Below are positions 29,896-38,674 of a stretch of 64,000 bases of DNA, in pieces (position 1 is the stretch's first letter; every line of letters starts with the position of its first letter). The translations under genes were made by a program, and so were the position numbers. The notes beneath the pieces are model-generated. The model made no database searches. It had not been told where the DNA came from and saw only the letters and a list, made by a program, of their open reading frames with translations. This DNA comes from Planctomycetota bacterium. GTDB lineage: Bacteria > Planctomycetota > B15-G4 > JADJEK01. The DNA lies in contig JBGAIQ010000021.1 in assembly GCA_044225365.1 (NCBI GenBank), positions 33,833-97,832 of the forward strand. The letters run 5' to 3'.

Positions 29896-30413
29896 AGTGG
29901 TTGTTGATCGTCGCGGCGGTCGTCGTTGCGCTCGGCATCGTGTTGCTCGCCGTCGGCGCCATGCTGCCCCGCGAGCACAAGGCGACGCGGAGCACGTCGT
30001 TCAAACGGCCCGCCTCCGAGGTCTTCGCCGCGATCACCGATTTTCCGAACCTCCCCGCGTGGCGCGCGGGTGTGACGGCGATCGAACTCCTGCCCGCGGT
30101 CGACGAGAAAGCGCGCTATCGCGAGACGTCGAGATTCGGCCAGCTCACGTACGAAGTGGAGGAATGGGTCGCGGGGCGCCGCCTCGTCACCCGCATCGTC
30201 GACGAGGGCCAAGGATTCGGCGGGCGCTGGATCTTCGAGGTGCGAGATGACCCCGCCGTGGGCGGATCGCGTCTCACGATCACGGAGGACGGTTACGTCT
30301 CGAACCTCTTGTTCCGCGTCCTGACCCGCTTCGTGTTCGGCCACACGAAGACGATGGACGACTACCTGACGTCCCTTGGCAACAAGTTCGGGGAAGCCGT
30401 CACGCCTGCGTGA
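29892..30413 (+). CDS. SRPBCC/polyketide-cyclase-fold protein with an N-terminal TM segment
   Basis: VFAAITDF..LPAWR, FGGRWIFEV and TITEDG. ATGA-coupled to marR. Confidence 0.8.
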   Translation: MKWLLIVAAVVVALGIVLLAVGAMLPREHKATRSTSFKRPASEVFAAITDFPNLPAWRAGVTAIELLPAVDEKARYRETSRFGQLTYEVEEWVAGRRLVTRIVDEGQGFGGRWIFEVRDDPAVGGSRLTITEDGYVSNLLFRVLTRFVFGHTKTMDDYLTSLGNKFGEAVTPA

Positions 30414-30515
30414 TCCGTCGTTCATGAGAAAAAGCCCCGCGGCTTTGGTGCGTCGGGTTCGCCCGCGTAGACTTTGCCTCCTGTACGGAGTCGAATTTTC
30501 GCGGCGGCGTTGCGG

Positions 30516-31730
30516 ATGATCTTCGGCAAGAACAAGGACGTCGAACGGCTCGAAGCCCAGGTGAAGGGGCTCGAGGAGGAGAACTCGCGCCTGCAGCGCA
30601 AGCTCCGCCTCGTCTCACCCGATACCGGAGAGCAGAGTTTGACGCTCCGCTCGTCGGGGGGCGGCGGCTCCGCGGACGGTTCGAGCCAGTCGATCCACGG
30701 TCTCGATACGGGTTATCTCGTCGTCGACGGGGACCTGAAGCTGAAAGCGATCAACTCGAAGATGTGCGCGCTGTTCGGCATCGAGCGCTCCGTCGCGAGC
30801 CAGAAGCCGCATGTACACGAGATCGATCGCCTCGAGTGGGCGAAGGACGTGTTGACCACGCTCCTGCTCGAGTCGAAGGCCGCGAGCGGGGTCCCCGTCG
30901 AGTTCGAGGCGAAGTGCCCGCCGATGGGTCAGAACGGCGCGAAGTTCTATCACTTCAAGGCCGTTTGGACGCAGTCGGCCGGCACGATCACGGTCGAGGA
31001 CGTGACCAAGTTGCATCGCACGCGCTCGACGTTCGAGCGGCTCGTCTCGCCGCGCATCGTGGCGGAACTGCTCGATTCGGGCGCCGACGTCTTCACCGCG
31101 AGCAGCCGAGTGATGACGGTCCTCTTCGCCGATCTTCGCGGCTTCACGTTCTTCTGCGATCGGAGTTCGCCGGAATCGGTGAGCCGCGTCGTGAACGACT
31201 TCATGAGCGATTCGGTCAATCTGATCGAAGCGCACGGGGCGACGCTCGACAAGTTCGTCGGCGACCAGGTGATGGTGCTGTTCGGAGCGCCGGTGTTTCG
31301 CGACGATCACGCGTACCAGGCGGTGCGCTTCGCGCTCGATCTGCAGAACAACCATCTGGAAGCCCGCAATCGCTGGATCCAGTCCGGCCTTCTCCGCAAG
31401 GAACTGCTCGAACTCGATCCCAATCTCCTGGAGCTCGGTGTCGGGATCAACACGGGCGAGATGGTCGTCGGCTTCTTCGGCAACGAGCGCGGCAGTCAGT
31501 ACACGGTGATGGGTCACGAGGTCAACGTGTCGGCGCGACTGTGCGGGAAAGCGGAGCCTGGAGAAGTGCTCTGCGGGATGCGGACGGTCAACGAGATCGC
31601 GAGCCTCTACAAAGCCGACCCGAAGGCGATGGACCTCGTGTTGAAGTTCAAACGCAAGGGCGAGATCGAGGCGAAAGGCGTGACCGAAGCGATTCCCGTC
31701 GCGAGCCTGATCTACGGGAAACGGCTCTGA
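30516..31730 (+). CDS. Class III adenylate cyclase (coiled coil, PAS-like domain, cyclase domain)
   Basis: FADLRGFT, DKFVGD, GINTG and YTVMGHEVNVSARL. Confidence 0.9.
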   Translation: MIFGKNKDVERLEAQVKGLEEENSRLQRKLRLVSPDTGEQSLTLRSSGGGGSADGSSQSIHGLDTGYLVVDGDLKLKAINSKMCALFGIERSVASQKPHVHEIDRLEWAKDVLTTLLLESKAASGVPVEFEAKCPPMGQNGAKFYHFKAVWTQSAGTITVEDVTKLHRTRSTFERLVSPRIVAELLDSGADVFTASSRVMTVLFADLRGFTFFCDRSSPESVSRVVNDFMSDSVNLIEAHGATLDKFVGDQVMVLFGAPVFRDDHAYQAVRFALDLQNNHLEARNRWIQSGLLRKELLELDPNLLELGVGINTGEMVVGFFGNERGSQYTVMGHEVNVSARLCGKAEPGEVLCGMRTVNEIASLYKADPKAMDLVLKFKRKGEIEAKGVTEAIPVASLIYGKRL

Positions 31731-31773
31731 TCTGCCGGTGCGCAGGATGCCGCGGAATGAAGAAGGGAACGCC

Positions 31774-31797
31774 GGGCGCACAGCCGTGTGCTCCTAC
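31774..31797 (-). repeat. GTAG-type REP, copy 1
   Basis: Reverse complement is gtaggagcacacggctgtgcgccc, matching 54472-54495 at 22 of 24 positions. Confidence 0.75.
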
Positions 31798-32984
31798 GGC
31801 GCGAGCAGTTTCTCGAGTTCTCGCGCGATGCGTTCATTCGCCGCGAGGTTGATGTGCAGGTCCGCCTTCCAATAAAGGCGTTCGTGCGTCGACGCGAAGA
31901 TCGGGCGCAGATCGAGGCAAGGCACCTCGTGGTTGCGGAGGTAGGAGATCCAGCCGTCGGCGAGGCGATTCGGGATCGCCGTCACGTCGTCCCGCTTCCA
32001 ATCGGTCGCCTTCAACACGGTATCGAGTTCGTCCTTCACGAACTCGGGTTGCCCGACCGACGCCGGCGGGATGTAGACGGCGACGAGCTTCACGTGGTTC
32101 TCGGCGGCAACGCGAATCATCTCGCGCGTGATCGAGTTCGCAGTGTCGATCGCGATGTCGATGTCTTCGGGGTTCGAAAGCATGTGACCGACCTGCGTCA
32201 GCTCCTGGGCGACGAGACCGGTGCCCGTCACGCGGAAGAGCGACTCGGGGAGACGTGACTTCGAGCCGGCCTTGCGATGATGGAAATACCGTTCGAGGCC
32301 GAGGACCTCATAGAAGTCGTTTCCGCCGTAGCAGGCGACGACGAAGACGTTCGGCTTCAGCTTGGGCGCGTAGGTTCGAAGCACGCCGAGGTAGTTCCAG
32401 AACGTGTAGCCGCCGATCCCCATGTTGAGGACTTCGAGCGACTTGCCCGGCGTCTTCTCGGCCAGCATCGCTTCGAGTCGATTCGGGAAGGACTCGTCGT
32501 TTCCACACACGCCGTCGGTGTGTGAGTCCCCAGTGACGATCACACGCAGGTCGGGGGCGGAAGTCGAAGGATCGGTGTCCTCCCGAATTCCGAGGTCGTT
32601 CGTCCGCATGACGTACCCGCCCTTTGGATGCTCCTCCCACTTCGTGAACCAACCCTTGTTGGGTGGGCGTGCGTAGTAGAACTGGTCGTTATAGGGCCGA
32701 TCCAAGCCCGAGAGCGGAAAGAAGACTCGGGCGACGTCGACGGGGATCGACTCCCACACGAAGGGCGACGGCTCACCATCGACCGAGGACTTGAGCACGA
32801 AGGGAGTGGCACCCGTCGCGCGGCGATCGAGCAGCTTCTCCGCCTCGTCGCGATGATCGACGACCACGACGCTGTCGACTTGGGGACGGTGGAAGTAATG
32901 AGAGTAGCAGTACGCGGCGAAGGCCGCGGCCATCACGAGGGCGCTGAAGCCAAGACTGAGCTTTCGGGGGAGAAGAGGGTCCAA
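31794..32984 (-). CDS. SGNH/GDSL hydrolase-family protein
   Basis: GDSHTDG, NMGIGG, GGND and DLHIN. N-terminal TM segment. Confidence 0.85.
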   Translation of the reverse strand: MDPLLPRKLSLGFSALVMAAAFAAYCYSHYFHRPQVDSVVVVDHRDEAEKLLDRRATGATPFVLKSSVDGEPSPFVWESIPVDVARVFFPLSGLDRPYNDQFYYARPPNKGWFTKWEEHPKGGYVMRTNDLGIREDTDPSTSAPDLRVIVTGDSHTDGVCGNDESFPNRLEAMLAEKTPGKSLEVLNMGIGGYTFWNYLGVLRTYAPKLKPNVFVVACYGGNDFYEVLGLERYFHHRKAGSKSRLPESLFRVTGTGLVAQELTQVGHMLSNPEDIDIAIDTANSITREMIRVAAENHVKLVAVYIPPASVGQPEFVKDELDTVLKATDWKRDDVTAIPNRLADGWISYLRNHEVPCLDLRPIFASTHERLYWKADLHINLAANERIARELEKLLAP

Positions 32985-33213
32985 GGAGTTTGGGTTCGGT
33001 TCGTCCCCAGGGGGCAGTCGTCAAGAACGTGAAAGGCCAGTGTAGAGGACTGCGCACGATTCCTCCACGCCCCCAATCCTCAGCGAGATTCTCGAAAAGC
33101 GTTTTCGGTCGTGCGGGTGACGTCGCCTTCGACGGACGGGCGACGAAGAGTCGCTCGACCGCCCGCAGAGTTGTGGGAGATCGTGACACGCAGTTCCTCG
33201 AAGGAGTCATCCC

Positions 33214-34047
33214 ATGTCCACCGAGTCCAAGATGCCCGCGACGGATACGCCGGAATCGACCCTCGACCGTTCGGCTCGCGACGACAGCCGGTTCGGTGCG
33301 TGGCTGATCACATTGGCCATCGCCTTTTCGCCGCCCGCGGCGGCAGCGGCCGAGGCCGCGAAGATCGTCGTCCACAAGCCGCTGCAGTCGCTCGACGTTG
33401 CCCTGTCGTCGGCGAGGCAGTGGAACGGCCCGATCCTGATCGCTCTGTCGCCGACGGCGGAATCGATGGCGGCCGAGATCGAAGGCATCGTTCCCAAGGT
33501 GGCCGTGACCTCCACGACGTTTGCGGAAGTCGTCTTCCGATTCCCGGCGGTCGCACCCTTCGATCCGCAGAAGCCGGGCACGAGCTTGCCGCCCGAGTAC
33601 CTCGTCCTCGCGCCGAACGGCGACCTCATCCAAGGTGTGGCGAAAGGGACGACACCGGCAAGGTTGATCGAAATCCTCCGCGAGGCTGGCCTCTTCACGG
33701 CGAATCCCGCACTCGCGATGGAGAAGCAGAAGAAGCGCATCGCGGCGAAGCTCCTGATCGTCGGGACGGACGCTCCCGCCGCAGATGAGGCCGCGCGTGA
33801 GCTCGTACGACTCGAAGCCACGGTCTATCGCGGCCTGCTGATCGAAGCGGTTTCGAAGGCGCCCGCGGAGAAGAAGCTCGCGATCCTCGCAGAACAGGAA
33901 CTCGTCGGCGGATTCGCAGAGCCCCTGCTCGCCGTATTGCTGCGCGACGACGACCCGTTCGTGCGTCAGGCCGCGATCGAAGTCGTTCGAAACCTCCCGA
34001 TCGTCTGTTACGCCTCCCGAACCCTGCTCGCGAACGAACACGGCTGA
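33214..34047 (+). CDS. Hypothetical exported protein with C-terminal HEAT-like repeat; paralog of 34435-35355
   Basis: Shares the blocks LVxAPxGxLI, ANP..A.E.QKKRIA and LL.D.D..VR.AA..V...P..C with the next gene. Confidence 0.7.
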   Translation: MSTESKMPATDTPESTLDRSARDDSRFGAWLITLAIAFSPPAAAAAEAAKIVVHKPLQSLDVALSSARQWNGPILIALSPTAESMAAEIEGIVPKVAVTSTTFAEVVFRFPAVAPFDPQKPGTSLPPEYLVLAPNGDLIQGVAKGTTPARLIEILREAGLFTANPALAMEKQKKRIAAKLLIVGTDAPAADEAARELVRLEATVYRGLLIEAVSKAPAEKKLAILAEQELVGGFAEPLLAVLLRDDDPFVRQAAIEVVRNLPIVCYASRTLLANEHG

Positions 34048-34060
34048 CCCGGGAATTTAG

Positions 34061-34221
34061 CAGCCCGTTGAACAACTCGGCCGGCGTTCGCCCGGCTGCG
34101 AAGCGCCAGGACATCGTCGGACATCGTCGCCATATCGTTCCACTGATATGCCTCCTCTGTCCTCCTCGTCCTGGCGCTTCTCGCTCGGTCTCGACGCTCG
34201 GCCGAATTGTTCAACGGGCTG
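34061..34221. mobile_element. 161-bp palindromic MITE/REPIN-like element, copy 2
   Basis: Terminal inverted repeats cagcccgttgaacaa...ttgttcaacgggctg, flanked on both sides by TTAG. Confidence 0.88.
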
Positions 34222-34248
34222 TTAGGGGGAAGAGGGGGGAAAACGGGT

Positions 34249-34284
34249 ACGGGCCGCGGCATCTGCCGCGGCCCGTTCTTCTTC
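34249..34284 (+). terminator. Probable intrinsic terminator
   Basis: GC-rich hairpin acgggccgcggc-atct-gccgcggcccgt followed by tcttcttct. Confidence 0.6.
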
Positions 34285-34434
34285 TCGAAGGGGAAGAATG
34301 ACAGCGCAGAGATTTCTTCGAGAAACCGTTTTCGGTTCCATCCCGCGTGGCGCCTTTCGGGGCAACGAGGAACGCGCAACTGCCGGATGCCTCATGCCGG
34401 ATGCCAAGTCCTCGGTCGTTCCAAGTGAAAGGCC

Positions 34435-35355
34435 ATGCCCATGTTCCTCTCGACCCTCACGACCGTGATCTGCGCCATCGCTCGTCATCTTCGACTCGCG
34501 CGGGCCGTTCCTTTGGGGATCGCCCTGATCGGTTCGAGCCTGTTGGTGAGCAATGCGGCCGCCGCCACCCCACGACCGAAGCTGGCGACCGAGCGATTCA
34601 CCTCCGCAGGGAATCTCGAGACCGCTCTCGCGCTCGCGAAGACCCGCAATGTCCCGCTCTTCATCGTCTTCTACACCGAAGTCGAACCGGGATGTCAGGA
34701 GATGGAGCCGGTCTACCACGACGACGACTTCGTCAAGGCGACGGAGAAGATGGTCGTCGCGATCGCATCCCCCGACGATCACGGCGGATCGACCGAGTGC
34801 ATGCATTTCCCGGGTGCGGCGTGCAAGGACCACATCGCGAACTTCGGCGACGTCCTGCACAAGTACTTCATCGGCGAGTCGTCGGTCCGAATCCCGCAGC
34901 ACCTCGTGATCGCGCCCGACGGATCGCTCATCGCGCGCCGGGAGGACGTCGCGACGAAGGCGCAACTCCTCGAACTGCTCAAGGGCGGAACGGACTACGT
35001 CGCAAATCCGAAGAGCGCGATCGAGGGACAGAAGAAGCGAATCGCCGAGCGACTGACCAAGCTCGGCTCGCATACGTGCGACGCGAAGGCCGCGGCGGTC
35101 GAGGTGCTCCGTTCGCTCGAGACGGTCTACGCAGGGGGGACGATGGAGTGCGTCTCGAAGGCGTCGCCGAAATCGAAGCTCGCCTTGATCCCCCAGCTCT
35201 CCGAGTCGAAGCAACAAGCCGATCGGGTCTTCAGCCTTCTGCTACAGGACAAGGACAAGTCCGTGCGCGACGCCGCTGCGAAAGCGGTCGTCGACTTCCC
35301 CGTGATCTGCTCCGAGGCTCGCAAGCAGTTGCGCGCGGTCGCGAGCAAGGGATGA
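34435..35355 (+). CDS. Exported thioredoxin-like plus HEAT-like protein
   Basis: Signal peptide, ALALAKTRNVPLFIVFYTEVEPGC, IPQHLVIAPDG and a C-terminal HEAT-like repeat. Confidence 0.7.
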   Translation: MPMFLSTLTTVICAIARHLRLARAVPLGIALIGSSLLVSNAAAATPRPKLATERFTSAGNLETALALAKTRNVPLFIVFYTEVEPGCQEMEPVYHDDDFVKATEKMVVAIASPDDHGGSTECMHFPGAACKDHIANFGDVLHKYFIGESSVRIPQHLVIAPDGSLIARREDVATKAQLLELLKGGTDYVANPKSAIEGQKKRIAERLTKLGSHTCDAKAAAVEVLRSLETVYAGGTMECVSKASPKSKLALIPQLSESKQQADRVFSLLLQDKDKSVRDAAAKAVVDFPVICSEARKQLRAVASKG

Positions 35356-35377
35356 GCCTCTCGGCGTGTCGCCGAGC

Positions 35378-37018
35378 TCATCCCATCGGAGGTAGGGGTA
35401 GCGTCGGATGGCGCAGGTTCGCTCGATTCGCCCGCTGGAGCTCGAGTTCGCCGACGAGCATCGCGGGCGCGACGGTGCCCACCGGAACGCTTCCGCTCTC
35501 GGCGAAACAGTAACTATTGTCGACTTCGTCGTCGCCACCGAACGCGACGATGTGCTGCATCGCGGCGAGCGGAGTACCGATGAAACTCACGTCGCGCACG
35601 CGAGTCTCGACTCCGGTCGCAGCATCGACGGTGTAGACCTCGGTCGGGTTTCCCTTGAACGCCTGGAACTCGTAGTGGTCGGAAGATGTCGACGTCTCCC
35701 CGCTCGCGGCGTGCCTCACGTAGATGCCGTACGGCAGGCCGCGCGAACGCGCTTCCTCGATCAGCATGCGCTTCAGCTCGGCGAGCGTCTTCCTCCCGCG
35801 AACGGAGACGATCAGGTTGCCCATGCGCGCCATCGGATTCTGAAAGCGTTCGTGGCGGCCATGGCCGTTGCTGCGGCTGAACCCCGGAACGCAGTTGCGC
35901 GAGAGGAGGAACGTCTTGAGGACGCCATCCTCGACGAGACCGACGCGCTGCGAAGGGACGCCCTCGTCATCGATCGCGTATTGGCCGTACAACGCTTTTC
36001 CGTGCATTCGTGCGAGGCTCGGATCGTCGACGAGGTCGACGCCCGCGGGCAGGATTCGCTTGCCGATCTTGCCCATGAAGGTGTGGCCTTCGGTGCGCGA
36101 GAGATATCGTTCGCCTTCGAGCCGATGACCGATCGCTTCGTGGAAGAGCAGGCCGGTCGCGATGCCCGAGAGCAGCGCGGGCCCGGCGTACGGTTCCATG
36201 GGTTTCGCGTTCGCCTGGTCCTTCAAATCGCTCGCGATCCAATCGATGGCGTCGCGGACCTGTTTCTCCGTCGGTAGCTCTTTCGGTCGCCGCCCGTGGA
36301 ACGCGCGATACGAGTGGATGCGCGAGCCGTCCTCGGTAAGACGCCACGCGATCACCATGACTTCGTTGTAGACGTCTTGGACGACGAACTTGGAGCCTTC
36401 GGAGTTCACGAAGATGCGCGTCTTGAGCACGCTCCGCACCTGAACGTACGGATCGTCGAGTTCGCGATGGCGTTTGAACTCGCGCGAGGTGCGTCGCACG
36501 AATTCCTCGTAATCCCGTTGCGGGAGTTCGAGATCGCGTACGCGTTCGACGCGAACGATCTTCCTCTCCCGACTGAAGCTGGGATGGTCCTTCTTCAGGT
36601 CGTGTTCGACGAGGATCTTCTGCTTGTCGTAGTGATCTTGCAGCACTTCGGCGTAGCGAAGCTGGGAGAGTCGCCAGAAGGCGTAGCGCAAGGCTTGCGG
36701 GTCGAGATCCTTGGGACCGAGGAGCCATTGGAACGACTCGCGATCCTCCGCGCCGCGGCCGCGCAGACCGCCGTCGACGACCTGATCGACGCGTCGCGAG
36801 CCAACCCTGAGATCGACGAAGAGCGAACTCTCGTCGTGAAGGGCCGATTGGAAGATCGCGCCGTAACGGCCCCAGACGTCGACGCCCTCCGTGTGATGCA
36901 GAAGGTACGACGCGAAGAAGGGCTTCTTGTGACCCTTCTGCTGCACACCGCGCATCGTCCTCGAGAGTTCCTGCTGCATCGCCGCAAGTGCGGCCTTCAC
37001 TTTCCGAGCGCTGACCAT
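35378..37018 (-). CDS. TldD/PmbA-family metalloprotease (catalytic TldD type)
   Basis: FHEAIGHRLEG, DDEGVP, SNGHGR, ARMGNL and YCFAESG. Confidence 0.88.
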   Translation of the reverse strand: MVSARKVKAALAAMQQELSRTMRGVQQKGHKKPFFASYLLHHTEGVDVWGRYGAIFQSALHDESSLFVDLRVGSRRVDQVVDGGLRGRGAEDRESFQWLLGPKDLDPQALRYAFWRLSQLRYAEVLQDHYDKQKILVEHDLKKDHPSFSRERKIVRVERVRDLELPQRDYEEFVRRTSREFKRHRELDDPYVQVRSVLKTRIFVNSEGSKFVVQDVYNEVMVIAWRLTEDGSRIHSYRAFHGRRPKELPTEKQVRDAIDWIASDLKDQANAKPMEPYAGPALLSGIATGLLFHEAIGHRLEGERYLSRTEGHTFMGKIGKRILPAGVDLVDDPSLARMHGKALYGQYAIDDEGVPSQRVGLVEDGVLKTFLLSRNCVPGFSRSNGHGRHERFQNPMARMGNLIVSVRGRKTLAELKRMLIEEARSRGLPYGIYVRHAASGETSTSSDHYEFQAFKGNPTEVYTVDAATGVETRVRDVSFIGTPLAAMQHIVAFGGDDEVDNSYCFAESGSVPVGTVAPAMLVGELELQRANRANLRHPTLPLPPMG

Positions 37019-37157
37019 GAGTCCTCGTCTTCACGGGCCGCTTTCGGCCGGGGTTCGAGCCCCATAGCGTATCCGTCACCGAGGCGACGAACAACGCGAG
37101 CCTTGTTGGCCATTCAGTCGACACCGCGGACGATCCGATGTTGAAAGGGGTGTTTCC

Positions 37158-37988
37158 ATGCTGATCGCGTGCAAGAACTGTCATCGCCCTCTCGAGGTCT
37201 CGACGCTCGCTCCGGGCACGGTGGCCCGTTGCTTCTGCGGAACGTTGAATCGCGTGCCGCTGAAAGCGCAGGCCCAGGCGTGCATGATCAAGTGCGGTGC
37301 GTGCGGTGCCGCGATCGCCGAGGGCAAACAGGAGTGCGAGTACTGCGGGGCCGCCGTCCGGTTCGAGGATCGCGGAAGCCGCGAGGTGTGCCCGCATTGC
37401 TTCGGCGCGGTCGCTGCGTCGGCACGTTTCTGTCCGTCGTGCGGGTGCGAACTGAAATCGCAAGCGATCCTGAAGGCGATGAGATCGCTCGAATGTCCAT
37501 CGTGTCGCGCCGACCTCGTGGAGTGCCGCGACGCCGAACTCGCGTTCGTGCAATGCATCACTTGCGCCGGAATCTGGCTCGAAGAGGAACTGTTTCGCCG
37601 GCTGATCGGAGAGCGCGGCAAGGACGCTTCGCGCGTCCTCGACGCCGCGAAACGGAAGGGCCCGCCGCAGGATCACATCCATCCCTCCGACGAAGTCGTC
37701 TATCGGCCCTGCCCGGTGTGCCGCGATCGAATGCCGCGAATCAACTTTGGCAGCTCCGGCGTGATCCTCGACTGGTGCGGCCGCCATGGGTACTGGTTCG
37801 ACGCCGACGAGTTGAACCATCTCCTCGAACGCGCCGCCCGCGGCGAACTCTCGTGGCCCGCGCGCGACGCCGAGAAGGAGAGCGAGAAGCGCCCGCGACC
37901 GCTCATCGTCGAGACACCGTTCCAGCCCTACCGCAACCGCAGCTCATTCCTCGACGTGTTCCTGAACCTGTTCGATCCGTGGACGTGA
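37158..37988 (+). CDS. Multi-zinc-ribbon protein (double zinc ribbon plus two zf-TFIIB-like units)
   Basis: About ten CxxC/CxC/CxxH pairs, including CAGIWLE and CGRHGYWFDADEL. Confidence 0.8.
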   Translation: MLIACKNCHRPLEVSTLAPGTVARCFCGTLNRVPLKAQAQACMIKCGACGAAIAEGKQECEYCGAAVRFEDRGSREVCPHCFGAVAASARFCPSCGCELKSQAILKAMRSLECPSCRADLVECRDAELAFVQCITCAGIWLEEELFRRLIGERGKDASRVLDAAKRKGPPQDHIHPSDEVVYRPCPVCRDRMPRINFGSSGVILDWCGRHGYWFDADELNHLLERAARGELSWPARDAEKESEKRPRPLIVETPFQPYRNRSSFLDVFLNLFDPWT

Positions 37989-38059
37989 GTCCGCGGAGCG
38001 GGCTTTCGCCATCGCCGACCTTGCGTCCTTCGATCGAAATGACGTAGCATCGATCGCGC

Positions 38060-38503
38060 ATGCGAAACCGGCACGCGACGACGACGATCCTTCACTGGCT
38101 CCTCATTGCGATGAGCCTCGTGTGCGGTTCGTTCCCAGGGCTCGGTTTGTCCGTTTGTGTCGCCGCCGACGGAGATCTCGCGATCGAAGCGAGACCGTCG
38201 GGAGAGACGTGCTCCGGCTGCCTGCCGTCGCATTCGGATCCGGGCGCGAACGACCGCCCCTCTCGCGGACTCTCGGATTCCCACGGCTGCGACTGCACCG
38301 ACATCGCATTGCCGGCGACCCAGGTCCCGCTTCAGTCCAAACAGGCGGCCGGGATCTCGTGGCTCGTTCGAGCGCCCTTCTCGCTTCCGCCGACTTCGCC
38401 ATCGCTCGCTTGGATTCCCACGGACAGGACGTTCCGTCCTGAGCGCTTCCCTCTGCGGCAAGCCAGCCCGTCGCGACTCCGCACCGTCGTCCTCCTCGTC
38501 TAA
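38060..38503 (+). CDS. Small Cys/His-containing protein preceding the metal-efflux operon
   Basis: VCVAADG, CSGC, HGCDCTD and C-terminal LRTVVLLV. Position is typical of the small genes that precede czcCBA. Confidence 0.6.
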   Translation: MRNRHATTTILHWLLIAMSLVCGSFPGLGLSVCVAADGDLAIEARPSGETCSGCLPSHSDPGANDRPSRGLSDSHGCDCTDIALPATQVPLQSKQAAGISWLVRAPFSLPPTSPSLAWIPTDRTFRPERFPLRQASPSRLRTVVLLV

Positions 38504-38674
38504 GCACTCCACGACTCATCTCGGTGTCGTCGCCGGAACCGTCGTCCGCGGTCCGGCGTGAGCCCGTTTCCGTGCGCACCTCGCGTCGGGAACGAGCAGC
38601 AATTCGATCCGCCGAATGCGTTCTGGAGCGCGAGCGTGGAAAGAGCAGCGAAGACGATTCGTCATCCCAAGAGA

